Assembly: GCA_041389225.1 (NCBI GenBank)
Contig: JAWKSI010000001.1
Span: 51,821 to 115,820 of the forward strand
DNA from: Candidatus Doudnabacteria bacterium
GTDB taxonomy: Bacteria; Patescibacteriota; Doudnabacteria; UBA920
Length of the DNA stretch: 64,000 nt
Reading direction: 5' to 3'
In this document: piece by piece, positions 28,284-37,800 of the stretch
Numbering within the stretch: the first letter of the stretch is position 1
Layout: each line of letters opens with the position of its first letter
Made by a program: the position numbers and the translations under genes
Notes under the pieces: generated by a model
Told to the model about the DNA's origin: nothing
Seen by the model: the letters and a program-made list of their open reading frames with translations, nothing else
Database searches by the model: none

Positions 28284-28772
28284 CTACTGAACAGAAACAA
28301 CGTAGTATTCCTTGCTATTGTTTCTGATATTAATCTCCACCTCATCTCTCTTTTTGCCGATTAAAGCATTTGAAATTGGGGAACCGAGAGAAACTACTCT
28401 TATGACTTTATCCTCAAACTTAAATTCTTGACCACCGCCAGTTGGAAGCAAGAAGTATCTAACTATTTGATTAGTCCCATACTCTTCTAACTCGACAATA
28501 GCGTAAATTGATCCATGTTGGATAGATTTCGGGTGGTCAACTTTTAAAGTCTTTAACCTTGCTAGCTTCTCCCTCAAATCTACTAAAGTTCTTTCTTGAC
28601 CGCCTGCTAAATATTGAGCCTCTTCTTTAAAAGTATCGTAACGAGAGACCATTGCTCCTTTATGGAACTTTGATTCATCTTCTGCTGCTTTTTTAGAAGT
28701 TTCTGATATTTTAATATCAGCCTCAACAATAGCGATAATTTTGTCTACTATTTCTTTCTTTAATTCTTCCAT
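28284..28772 (-). CDS. GreA/GreB-family (Rnk-like) transcription elongation factor homologue
   Basis: N-terminal coiled coil. The C-terminal FKBP-like domain reads YFLLPTGGGQEF...IRVVSLGSPISNALIGKKRDEVEI. Confidence 0.55.
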   Translation of the reverse strand: MEELKKEIVDKIIAIVEADIKISETSKKAAEDESKFHKGAMVSRYDTFKEEAQYLAGGQERTLVDLREKLARLKTLKVDHPKSIQHGSIYAIVELEEYGTNQIVRYFLLPTGGGQEFKFEDKVIRVVSLGSPISNALIGKKRDEVEINIRNNSKEYYVVSVQ

Positions 28773-29035
28773 ATAACCTCCAAGTATTTTTTAAAATTCA
28801 ACTAAATTATTATAATTTAGCTAATAACTATAGTATAAAAATCAGTTTTAGTCAAACGAAAAACCATGTGTAGCTGTGTCTCATTTGTCTCATTTTGTTG
28901 ATTAAAATCGCGACCCGAACTCCTCAAATTTGATATACTTAAAATATCTATAAAAGCCTTACTGGGCTTGCTCTCTGCCGGTACTTAACCAGAGTGGCCC
29001 GCCACGGATCTGTTTGCCACTTGTGGTAAATAGAA

Positions 29036-29147
29036 CCATGGTAATGATAAGGTCTTCTCTATCCTGACCATTTTTATCCGCCGACTCTAAGAGGCGGAAT
29101 ATATAGCGGAAATGTCGGAGCTTTAGCTTCGGCCTTACTCTCCACCA
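29036..29147 (+). mobile_element. right-end (attR-like) arm of the tRNA-Ser(GCT) island, ending in a degenerate copy of the tRNA 3' end (ccttactctccacca)
   Basis: cttactctcc is identical to the 3' end of the tRNA-Ser(GCT) at 11947-11956. The preceding roughly 100 nt is about 70% identical to 31701..31796. Confidence 0.55.
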
Positions 29148-29160
29148 CCTCGTGCTAGCA

Positions 29161-29206
29161 CGAGACACCATAAAAACACCCACACGGGTGTTTTTATGGT
29201 GTCTCG
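29161..29206. repeat. perfect 21-bp inverted repeat (cgagacaccataaaaacaccc / gggtgtttttatggtgtctcg) with a 4-nt loop. A shorter palindrome ctcgtgctagcacgag precedes it.
   Basis: Read directly from the sequence. It lies immediately outside the attR-like core. Confidence 0.7.
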
Positions 29207-29314
29207 AATATCTGAAAATTTAATATACAACCTACGCCCAAATTTTGTGCTAAAATATAGACAAAAGTGCTGATTTTACTTGTAACAAAACGTCTAACCA
29301 CAGCGTCTTAAACT

Positions 29315-29902
29315 ATGCTTAACCGTAAAGATCTGACAGATTCCATTCCACAAAATAAGCTATTAGCCCTTCTTACTCAAGCCCAAGCTGGCAAAGAAGA
29401 AGCTCTAGCCGATCTTTATGAAGCGTATTATCTCAAAATCTATCGCTTTATTTTTTATCGCGTTAGCCACAAAGAAACTGCCGAAGACTTAACCGAAGAC
29501 ACCTTCGTCAAGGCTTTCGCCAGCATCAAAAGACTTAAAGATAATCAAGCCTTCGAAGGCTGGCTCTACCGTATCGCTCGCAATTTGGTCATCGATTATT
29601 ACCGAGCCAAAAAACAATTAGTTCCACTCGACTCTCTCGAGAACACTCTCGAATACGATACCAATCTAGTTGAACTCATAAACCTCAAAGTCGAACAAAC
29701 CTTACTCATCAAGCTTCTTGACGAATTAACCGAAGAACAACAAACAGTTATCAAAATGAAGTTCGTCGAAGATTTGGACAACTCCACAATCGCAGCCGCG
29801 CTTAATAAATCAGAAGGTTCGATTAGAGTAATTTCACACCGAGCTATCGCTAAACTCAAAGATATCTTCAAGCAAAACTTTAAACCTAATACCAAAGACT
29901 AA
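29315..29902 (+). CDS. sigma-70 family (ECF-like) RNA polymerase sigma factor
   Basis: Region 2 (YEAYYLKIYRFIFYRVSHKETAEDLTEDTFVKAF) and region 4 HTH (EEQQTVIKMKFVEDLDNSTIAAALNKSEGSIRVISHRA). Confidence 0.8.
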   Translation: MLNRKDLTDSIPQNKLLALLTQAQAGKEEALADLYEAYYLKIYRFIFYRVSHKETAEDLTEDTFVKAFASIKRLKDNQAFEGWLYRIARNLVIDYYRAKKQLVPLDSLENTLEYDTNLVELINLKVEQTLLIKLLDELTEEQQTVIKMKFVEDLDNSTIAAALNKSEGSIRVISHRAIAKLKDIFKQNFKPNTKD

Positions 29903-29928
29903 CTCCTCTATAATATATAAGATAAAAG

Positions 29929-31173
29929 ATGAAAAAACTTTCTCCATACAATTTTAATAACTCGCAACCCAAACCTCTTTCGGAGTCAGCTTTTGAGTCT
30001 TCTTTTGAATCAATTATTATAGAACAATCCCTAGAACAAATTAGTCAAGGACAAGCACCGGCCACAATCCTTGCTCAATACCAAGACCAGCTTTCTTCAG
30101 AACAACACGCCGAGCTAGCAGATATACTCGATACAGTTAACCTCCTCACCTCGATCAAAACCAAAACCCCACCTACTCCACTCAAGCAACATAAATACGC
30201 CGAACTCAGAGCAAACAAATGGCGCTTTGCACAATTACTCAACTTTACCAAATACGCTGCTATTCCTTTGGTTCTCGCTATCGCATTCACCGGCAGTCGC
30301 AGCTTAATCTATGCAACCGATCAAAGTCTACCAGGAGAAACACTCTTCTCACTCAAGCGTGCTACCGAAAAAGCCCGAGTCAGCCTCACTTTTGACAAAG
30401 AACACGCAGCCCAACTCGAAGCCCAAATTACCCAAAAACGTTTAGAAGAAACCAAAAAAGTCTTAGCCGAATCAAACGACCCCGAACAAAAAGCTTTGGC
30501 TATCGCCGAACTCACAACCCAAACCCAAAAAGCTTTTGACTCAGCTGCGGACATAATTCCATCAGAAGCTCTCAAAGAAGGTGATTCTGATCTTCTCAAA
30601 ACTTTAGTTGCGATCAACAAAGAACAAAAAAATCTTAGCGCTACTTCTATCGAACTCGAAGATGCCGAATCACTAGCCAGCAGCACCAAAGAAAACGATA
30701 AAACCATTGCTAAACTAGTCGCTACAGTTAACGAACAATCTCTAGCTGACTTGCCTAACAAAGTTTCGGTCACGGGCGAAGTAACTTCCAAAAACTCATC
30801 TTACATCACAGTCGAATCTAATACTTTTAAACTCAACGATCAAACTACTCTTCTCAACTATGACGGCGAAGCTACTTCACTCGAAAACATTGAAGGAAAA
30901 ATTACCATCATAGGGACTTCCGAAAACAATCAACTCGTGGCCAAGAAAATCTTGATTACCGAAACACAAAACGCAGAACCACAAACAACTTCTACCAATC
31001 CAGAAGTTAAAGGCGCCAAAACACCATCTTATTACCCAAAACCACAGCCAAAAGCCACTACCCAAGAACCAGAAGATGAACCAACTATCGAACCAGAAGT
31101 AATTCTTCCTACCCAAAACGAAGCAACTGCAGGATTTATAGTAGAGCCAGCACAAAAACAATACGCTCCTTAA
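29929..31173 (+). CDS. membrane-anchored protein, putative cognate anti-sigma factor (single TM, extracytoplasmic C-terminal domain)
   Basis: Immediately downstream of the sigma factor. TM helix AAIPLVLAIAFTGSRSLIYA. Pro/Thr-rich C-terminus. Confidence 0.45.
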   Translation: MKKLSPYNFNNSQPKPLSESAFESSFESIIIEQSLEQISQGQAPATILAQYQDQLSSEQHAELADILDTVNLLTSIKTKTPPTPLKQHKYAELRANKWRFAQLLNFTKYAAIPLVLAIAFTGSRSLIYATDQSLPGETLFSLKRATEKARVSLTFDKEHAAQLEAQITQKRLEETKKVLAESNDPEQKALAIAELTTQTQKAFDSAADIIPSEALKEGDSDLLKTLVAINKEQKNLSATSIELEDAESLASSTKENDKTIAKLVATVNEQSLADLPNKVSVTGEVTSKNSSYITVESNTFKLNDQTTLLNYDGEATSLENIEGKITIIGTSENNQLVAKKILITETQNAEPQTTSTNPEVKGAKTPSYYPKPQPKATTQEPEDEPTIEPEVILPTQNEATAGFIVEPAQKQYAP

Positions 31174-31358
31174 TCTTTTTTGGATGAACTGCCTACAAAG
31201 TTTTGTAGACAGTGATCCCGAAACGATAAACCGGGACAAACTCATGAGTTATCTTACTAAAGCTAACTCTCAATATAAGAAAAAACAGGTCAATTCTAGA
31301 GTGCGACCTGTTTTTTATTTTCCAAAAAGATGCTATAATAAGCGCAAGTTTGCAACCT

Positions 31359-31446
<88 letters not shown>

Positions 31447-31843
31447 CAAACTTGACTGCCATTTATGGTAGTTAAGTTTGTGGTAGAAATGAAGGGTGAG
31501 AAATAGAGTGGTTCTACTTTTGCATAGTATTTGCAAAAGTAGAAACCAAAAGGTCTGGGAGACCTTTTGGTAACGGCGGGTCGCCGCAGCGTATCTCGAC
31601 GAGCTACAATGAGCGTAAGCGAATGTAGCGAGGAGAGTAGCGGAAGGTGACCGAATCCCTCCACTTCCGCCATGGATTTGGTCATCGCAGATGATCAAAT
31701 CCATGGTAATGGTGGAGCATTCTCTATCCTGACTCATCTTTGTCCGTTGACGTTAGGAGGCGGAATACATATGGAAATGCCGGAACGAAGTTACGGCCTC
31801 CACTTCCGCCACAAACTTGACTGCCATTTATGGTAGTTAAGTT
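31447..31843 (+). mobile_element. tandem integration scars. Two further copies of the tRNA-Ser(TGA) 3' end (31652-31672 and 31797-31811, both ...cctccacttccgcca) are present. A 32-nt downstream flank (caaacttgactgccatttatggtagttaagtt) is duplicated at 31447 and 31812. The region also contains an arm element (31701-31796) homologous to 29036-29132.
   Basis: Direct repeats read from the sequence. Perfect 11-bp hairpins at 31514-31542 and 31546-31570. A 17-bp hairpin at 31670-31706. Confidence 0.6.
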
Positions 31844-31950
31844 ATAAAAGCTCGCAAACAAAATTTAGATTCAAGATATTTATAGAACAGCTCATGATCT
31901 ATAGCTACCTTTGATCTAACTTCAAAATCAAAAAATTAAAAACACAAAAA

Positions 31951-33103
31951 ATGAAAACTGAACAACGGCACTGGACCCAAAACCGTGGTTGGCAAAACCT
32001 CGGCTCCAGTCAACTAACCAAAGACCAAGCTCCTCAATTAGTATTGGTCTTTGGTGGTCGCAAAGTTTTGGAAGACCCAGCTCATTATCAAGAAATCAAA
32101 GACTTCTACCCAGAAGCTAATATTCTTATGTGCTCAACCGCTGGCGAAATCATAGATACAATGGTCTATGATGACTCACTCGCGCTCACAGCAATTCACT
32201 TTGAAAAAACTACTTTGCAAATTGCCAAAGCGGTAATCACCGATCAATCTGAAAGCGAAAGCAAGGGTCAAGAATTAGCCAACCAACTACCTAAAGATGG
32301 TTTGGTGCATGCGCTAATCTTCACTGACGGACTCAAAGTAAATGGAACCGCTTTAGTCAAAGGTTTAACTGATAATTTGCCAAAAGAAATTACAGTCACC
32401 GGTGGGATGGTTGGCGATGGAGCAAACTTCGAAAAAACTCTCATTGGTTTTAACCAAGAACCAGCAGAAGGTCAACTTATACTAATTGGTCTGTACGGGA
32501 GTGAACTTAGAGTTGGTCATGGGTCAATGGGAGGCTGGGATCCTTTTGGGCCAGAACGAACAATTACCAAATCTGAACACAATGTTTTGTACGAACTAGA
32601 CGGACAACCAGCTCTCGAACTTTACAAAAAGTATCTCGGCGACGAAGCCGCGGGACTTCCTAGCACTGGCCTACTCTTCCCTCTTAGTCTTAAAATCAAT
32701 ACCGATCAAGGTGAAGTAGAAGTTGTGAGAACCTTACTTTCAGTCGACGAAACCAACCAAAGCATGACCTTTGCCGGAGATATGCCAGAAGGAACTTCGG
32801 CAAAACTTATGAAAGCAACTTTGAACGTCTCATGATGGCGCTCAAGGCGCAGCCAAAATGAGTCTCGATAGCTCTAAATTAGAAGGTACAGAACTCGCTC
32901 TTTTGATTAGTTGTGTCGGCCGCAAGCTTGTCCTCAAAGAAAAAATCGAAGAAGAAGTCGAAGCAGTTCAATCTGCACTCGGTGGCCAAGCGGCGATCAC
33001 TGGTTTTTATTCATACGGTGAAATCTCACCAGTAACTGCTCTCAACCAACAGTGCCAACTCCACAACCAAACCATGACCGTTACTATTTTCAAAGAAGTA
33101 TAG
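31951..33103 (+). CDS. FIST-domain sensor protein (FIST_N plus FIST_C), split by an apparent 1-nt indel near 32830
   Basis: Two adjacent ORFs in different frames. The C-terminal part has ALLISCVGRKLVL...GFYSYGEISP (FIST_C). The second frame is open upstream (..SHDGAQGAAKMSLD..). Confidence 0.65.
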
Positions 33104-33106
33104 ACC

Positions 33107-33496
33107 ATGCACCCTACCCTGAAGAGACAACTTAAACATATCTACGGAGATCCAAAAAATACCCCTGCCAATCTCGAGGAACTAGTTAATGCTATCTCCG
33201 AAACCTACGAAGGTTTTGATAAGGATCGCAAAATGATCGAACGATCAATCGACATAAGTTCGCATGAACTTTCGGAAGCGAACCAAAAACTTAGACAAGA
33301 AAAAGCCAAAATTGAGCTGGAGGTTCAAAAGCGCACCGATGAATTAAGAAGAAAAGTCGAAGACCTAGAAAAATACGAAGAAATCACCACAGGTCGAGAA
33401 CTCAAAATGGTAGAACTCAAAGAACAGATTCGCAACCTAATCGAAGAAAACCAAAAACTCAAAGCTAACTCAAATAGCAACCAGACCACAATTTAG
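33107..33496 (+). CDS. coiled-coil protein (129 aa), hypothetical
   Basis: Heptad-rich sequence. It sits in an apparent operon with the FIST and histidine kinase genes. Confidence 0.4.
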   Translation: MHPTLKRQLKHIYGDPKNTPANLEELVNAISETYEGFDKDRKMIERSIDISSHELSEANQKLRQEKAKIELEVQKRTDELRRKVEDLEKYEEITTGRELKMVELKEQIRNLIEENQKLKANSNSNQTTI

Positions 33497-33501
33497 TTTA
33501 C

Positions 33502-34134
33502 ATGCTCAAGGTCAAACGCAAATCAATTCTGATAATTTCGATTACCTCAGTGATCTTACTCACTGGGGTTTTGGTATTTAAATACCAATCAAAAAATTTA
33601 CAACCATATTCGACTTTTGAGCAAGAACAACTAGATCCAATTTTACAAAATGAAATTGAGCCACTAATCCAACTTGCTCAAAATCCAATAATTCAAGAAG
33701 TTTTACAAAACTCCAACCAATCTCAAAATACCGAATTATACCCAGAGCAAATTTTGGCCTTAGATCAACACTGGAAAGAAACAGATCAATCCGATTCTTT
33801 TTTTGAAGAATTTTATACCAACCCCGCTGCAATCGAACTGCTCAAGTTTCAAGAGAATCATTATGGAATCCCAGAAATATTTTTGACCGGCCAAGCAGGA
33901 TTTATTATCGCTCAAACTAACAAAACTAGCGACTTCTACCAAGCTGATGAAGAATGGTGGCAAAAAGCATATAACCAAGGCCAAGGGCAAGCTTACTACG
34001 ATCAAATAGAATTTGACGAAAGCGCTCAATCGCAATCGATACCGATCCAAGTCCCGGTGTACGATTCAAACCACCAAGTGATTGGTGTGATCAAAGCAAT
34101 TTTTGACATAGTTAAAATTCAAACCTTACTGTAA
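33502..34134 (+). CDS. membrane-anchored periplasmic protein (210 aa), hypothetical sensor-associated
   Basis: N-terminal TM (ILIISITSVILLTGVLVF). Immediately upstream of the histidine kinase. Confidence 0.4.
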   Translation: MLKVKRKSILIISITSVILLTGVLVFKYQSKNLQPYSTFEQEQLDPILQNEIEPLIQLAQNPIIQEVLQNSNQSQNTELYPEQILALDQHWKETDQSDSFFEEFYTNPAAIELLKFQENHYGIPEIFLTGQAGFIIAQTNKTSDFYQADEEWWQKAYNQGQGQAYYDQIEFDESAQSQSIPIQVPVYDSNHQVIGVIKAIFDIVKIQTLL

Positions 34135-34135
34135 G

Positions 34136-36385
34136 ATGTTAAATCCTCTCAAATCAGTTAGCGCCAAACTGACTTCTATACTTTTTATATTTATTTTGAT
34201 TATTTTGATAGTCGAAGTTTTTTCTATTTGGGGAATTAACAAACTCATTAAGTCAGAACAAAATATCACCGGAGTTCAACTCCCGATCGCCCAAACTAGT
34301 TCACAAGCTTTGATCGCGCTTAGAGAATCTAATTTGGCAATCACAAAAACTTTTTTACTTCAAAATATCGAACAACTCGATGAAGTAAGACTGCGAGAAG
34401 CGCAGTTCTCCAAAGCAGCGCTACGTTTTACAATGCTGAACAACGCTCTGCTTTATGGAAGCAAGTCACAAGAGTTTGAAAAAACTCAAGGCGGCATTCT
34501 CAAGAACGAATGGAAACTCTACACTGCAAACAACCCAGAACTAATTATTCCAAAAGTTACTGACCAACAAACCGCCATAGTCAAACAAACTCTAGAACAA
34601 TACAAGACTGTTGTCAGCAAAGCGCTGCAGATTTTTGCTTTGCAAAAAAAGGTCATCAGACTCACCTACCAAAATCAACCGTTAAGCCAAATCAAGTCCT
34701 CACAAAATGAGATTTCTGAATTATTTGTCCAAATTGATAATCTCGAAAATGAAATTACTCAAAACATGAACTTACTAGCAGAAATTAATCAAAACACAAC
34801 CTACCGGTTAATCGCCGAACAAGGATCGCGTTCGACAACTATTCAAGTAATCACAATAATTATTTCGTTCTTTGGTTTGATCACAATGCTTACTTTGGGT
34901 TTATATGCCATCAAAACATACATCACCAACCCAATCAAACTTTTGACCACTAACATTCGGAAAGTCTCCAGTGGTGATCTTACTACGCATGTTCCTGTGG
35001 TTTCGGAGGATGAACTTGGAGTACTCGCAAAATCCTTCAACTACATGACTGATAAACTTGCAGATTCTTATCAAAACTTAGAATCAAAAATTGCCGAAAA
35101 AACCAAAAAGCTCGCTACCGAAGTTGATATCTCAGATAAAGCTCGTCGAACTGCTTTGCACGTGATGGAAGATTTGCGAGAAGAAAAAGACAAACTCGAA
35201 AATTCCAAAACTGCAATGATGAATATTTTGGAAGATATTCAAGATGAAAAAAATCGTTTCAAAGACCAGGTAGTTGAAACGCAAAAGTTCCAGCTGGCTG
35301 TAGAAAGCGCCTCGGATCAAGTAATTATCTCTGACCCTGAAGGAATTATTTTGTATACCAACCCTGCAACCGAAAAAATCACAGGTTTTTCGCAAGATGA
35401 AATTATTGGTAAAAAAGTCGGAACCAAAGAACTTTGGGGTGGTCACATGAGTAGAGACTTCTACCAAGAATTATGGAGGACAATCAAAATTGAAAAGAAA
35501 GTTTTTGTAGGTGAAGTCAAAAATAAACGCAAGAGCCAAGAAGAATACATTTCGCAAGTAAGCATCTCCCCTGTTCTCGACCAAAAAGGAGAAGTGTTAT
35601 TCTTTGTCAGCATCGAACGCGACATCACCAAAGAAAAAATGGTTGACCAAGCCAAGACCGAATTTGTCTCTTTGGCATCCCATCAGCTCCGTACTCCCCT
35701 CACAGCCATAGGCTGGTATACCGAAATGTTGTTAGCTGGTGACGCTGGTAAAATTACAAAAAAACAAAAAGAATTTCTCGAAGAAGTTTATGCTGGCAAC
35801 AAACGCATGGTTGATCTAGTAAATGCTTTACTCAATGTCTCGCGTTTGGAGTTAGGGACAATAGCGGTTGAACCAGAACCAGCAAACATTATCGAAATCG
35901 CTCAAGGAGTAATCTCTGATCTCAAAGCAATCATATTAGAAAAACAAGACAAGATCGTCACTCACTTTGATCAAAATATCCCAATCACTCCCTTGGATAA
36001 AAAATTAGTCTATATGATATTTCAAAATTTACTGACCAATGCGATCAAATACAGTCCAGACAAATCAACAATTACAACTTCGATCCAAACTGATGAGACC
36101 AATATCAAGATTAGTGTCGCCGACCAAGGACTGGGGATTCCACAATCCCAGCAAGATAAAATATTTACAAAACTATTTAGAGCTGATAATGTAAAAGGGA
36201 CAGACACGACTGGTACAGGACTGGGTTTATATATTATCAAATCGATCTTGGATCATTCGGGTGGCACAATTAGATTTGAATCAATCCAAAATCAAGGCAC
36301 GACCTTTTTTGTTACGATTCCAAAATCAGGAATGAAAAAACAAGAAGGTAGCAAAACACTTAATGTTAAATCAAACTACTATTAA
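34136..36385 (+). CDS. sensor histidine kinase (periplasmic sensing region, HAMP, PAS, HisKA, HATPase_c)
   Basis: H-box LASHQLRTPLTAI. N/G boxes (NLLTNAIKYS, DQGLGIP, GTGLGLYI). Two TM segments. HAMP-like NIRKVSSGDLTTHV. Confidence 0.85.
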   Translation: MLNPLKSVSAKLTSILFIFILIILIVEVFSIWGINKLIKSEQNITGVQLPIAQTSSQALIALRESNLAITKTFLLQNIEQLDEVRLREAQFSKAALRFTMLNNALLYGSKSQEFEKTQGGILKNEWKLYTANNPELIIPKVTDQQTAIVKQTLEQYKTVVSKALQIFALQKKVIRLTYQNQPLSQIKSSQNEISELFVQIDNLENEITQNMNLLAEINQNTTYRLIAEQGSRSTTIQVITIIISFFGLITMLTLGLYAIKTYITNPIKLLTTNIRKVSSGDLTTHVPVVSEDELGVLAKSFNYMTDKLADSYQNLESKIAEKTKKLATEVDISDKARRTALHVMEDLREEKDKLENSKTAMMNILEDIQDEKNRFKDQVVETQKFQLAVESASDQVIISDPEGIILYTNPATEKITGFSQDEIIGKKVGTKELWGGHMSRDFYQELWRTIKIEKKVFVGEVKNKRKSQEEYISQVSISPVLDQKGEVLFFVSIERDITKEKMVDQAKTEFVSLASHQLRTPLTAIGWYTEMLLAGDAGKITKKQKEFLEEVYAGNKRMVDLVNALLNVSRLELGTIAVEPEPANIIEIAQGVISDLKAIILEKQDKIVTHFDQNIPITPLDKKLVYMIFQNLLTNAIKYSPDKSTITTSIQTDETNIKISVADQGLGIPQSQQDKIFTKLFRADNVKGTDTTGTGLGLYIIKSILDHSGGTIRFESIQNQGTTFFVTIPKSGMKKQEGSKTLNVKSNYY

Positions 36386-36394
36386 TCAATTACC

Positions 36395-36781
36395 ATGGCC
36401 GACACAAACAAAACAATCCTAATCGCAGAAGATGAACATCCACTTCGCACAGCAGTATCAACCAAACTAAACAAAGAAGGTTATACTGTTTTGGAAGCAC
36501 AAGATGGTGAAGAAGCTTTAGCTCTCGCTTTAGACAAGCACCCAGATCTAATCTTGCTTGATATTATGATGCCAAAACTAACTGGCATTGACGTTATTCA
36601 TAAACTCCGAGAAGATGACTGGGGTAAAACAGCCCAAATCATGCTTTTAACAAACCTCAACGACCAAGAAAAAGTTGCAGACTCAATGATCAATGGTGTT
36701 TATGCTTATCTAGTCAAAAGCGACTGGCGACTCGAAGATATTGTCGAAAAAATCAAACAAAAAATCGAAGAACTCAATTAG
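36395..36781 (+). CDS. single-domain response regulator (CheY-like receiver)
   Basis: ILIAEDE...DLILLDIMMPKLTG...LTNL, the D-D-K receiver pattern. 128 aa. Confidence 0.85.
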   Translation: MADTNKTILIAEDEHPLRTAVSTKLNKEGYTVLEAQDGEEALALALDKHPDLILLDIMMPKLTGIDVIHKLREDDWGKTAQIMLLTNLNDQEKVADSMINGVYAYLVKSDWRLEDIVEKIKQKIEELN

Positions 36782-36785
36782 AACA

Positions 36786-36820
36786 AAGCCTCTCTTAGAA
36801 AAAGAGAGGCTTTTATTATT
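36786..36820 (+). terminator. intrinsic terminator (aagcctctctt/agaaa/aagagaggctt plus a T-run)
   Basis: Hairpin followed by TTTTATTATTT. Confidence 0.6.
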
Positions 36821-36879
36821 TCCCTAATTTTAAACTTTTTGTAGTATAATATAGATAGAAGATTATTAAAGACAATATT

Positions 36880-37329
36880 ATGGACCAAAATAATCAAGCT
36901 CCGATGCAAAATGCAACCGAGCCAAATAGTCAGACTATTACACTTCAAATCCCCTACCCAGAACAGCCAAGTCGGGCTTGGGCTTTGGCAAGTTTGCTAT
37001 TTTTTGTTAAACCACTTTTACTAATCCCGCATATCGTAATTATGTACGTTCTTTCAATTTTTGCGGTCTTAAGTTACTTGGTATCTCAAATTTATGTTTT
37101 GTTTACTGGTCATTACCCACGAGCAATTTTTGAATTTATGAAAGGGATGACCCTATGGCAAATGCGGCTTAATTCCTTCATGCTTGGTCTTACCGATCAA
37201 TACCCAGAATTTAGTTTCGGGGAAGACAACCACAAAGGCGCCATGCTCACCATCAAGCGCTTCGCAATAGCAGTTGGTATTATTATCTTTCTAATTATTA
37301 TTCTGGCAATTTTTGGATCAAATGGCTAA
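36880..37329 (+). CDS. hypothetical membrane protein (149 aa)
   Basis: ORF with several hydrophobic helices. Confidence 0.4.
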   Translation: MDQNNQAPMQNATEPNSQTITLQIPYPEQPSRAWALASLLFFVKPLLLIPHIVIMYVLSIFAVLSYLVSQIYVLFTGHYPRAIFEFMKGMTLWQMRLNSFMLGLTDQYPEFSFGEDNHKGAMLTIKRFAIAVGIIIFLIIILAIFGSNG

Positions 37330-37795
37330 AAACTTTGACACAATCTTAGAGTGGCGAGCACCAGAGTTTAAGTATTATCAAAAGAACGCTGCCTGGTTTA
37401 TCACGCTATCGCTAATCACCGGCTTGATTATGGCCTACATGTTTATTGTCCATGATATTTTTGGTGCAATTAGTATGCTTATCTTAGCAATTTTTATTTG
37501 GCTATTTGCCTTACACAAACCTAACACTATTCAAATTGTCATTAGTGATATTGGAATTCATATCAACCAAACTATTTATCCTTACGAAAAGATTAAACAC
37601 TTTTGGGTTCTAAACACTCCCCAGCACCAAGCGCTTAATTTTGAAACTACAGCATACCTCAATCACATTCAAACAATAGAAATTAACCAAGAAGATCCAG
37701 AGCTTATCCGCGATGTTCTACTAGAATTGCTCCCTGAACATGCGGAAGTTGCACCTACTACCGCTCAACATATTTCTCATTATTTTAGGTTTTAA
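37313..37795 (+). CDS. hypothetical membrane protein (160 aa, two N-terminal TM helices)
   Basis: ORF overlapping the previous stop. Hydrophobic N-terminus. Confidence 0.4.
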   Translation: MDQMAKNFDTILEWRAPEFKYYQKNAAWFITLSLITGLIMAYMFIVHDIFGAISMLILAIFIWLFALHKPNTIQIVISDIGIHINQTIYPYEKIKHFWVLNTPQHQALNFETTAYLNHIQTIEINQEDPELIRDVLLELLPEHAEVAPTTAQHISHYFRF

Positions 37796-37800
37796 GATTT

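Noticed and set aside
28959-29183. ORF 28959..29183 (-)
   Set aside because: It overlaps the attR-like arm and the palindromes. It has no RBS or start context and an Arg-rich composition.
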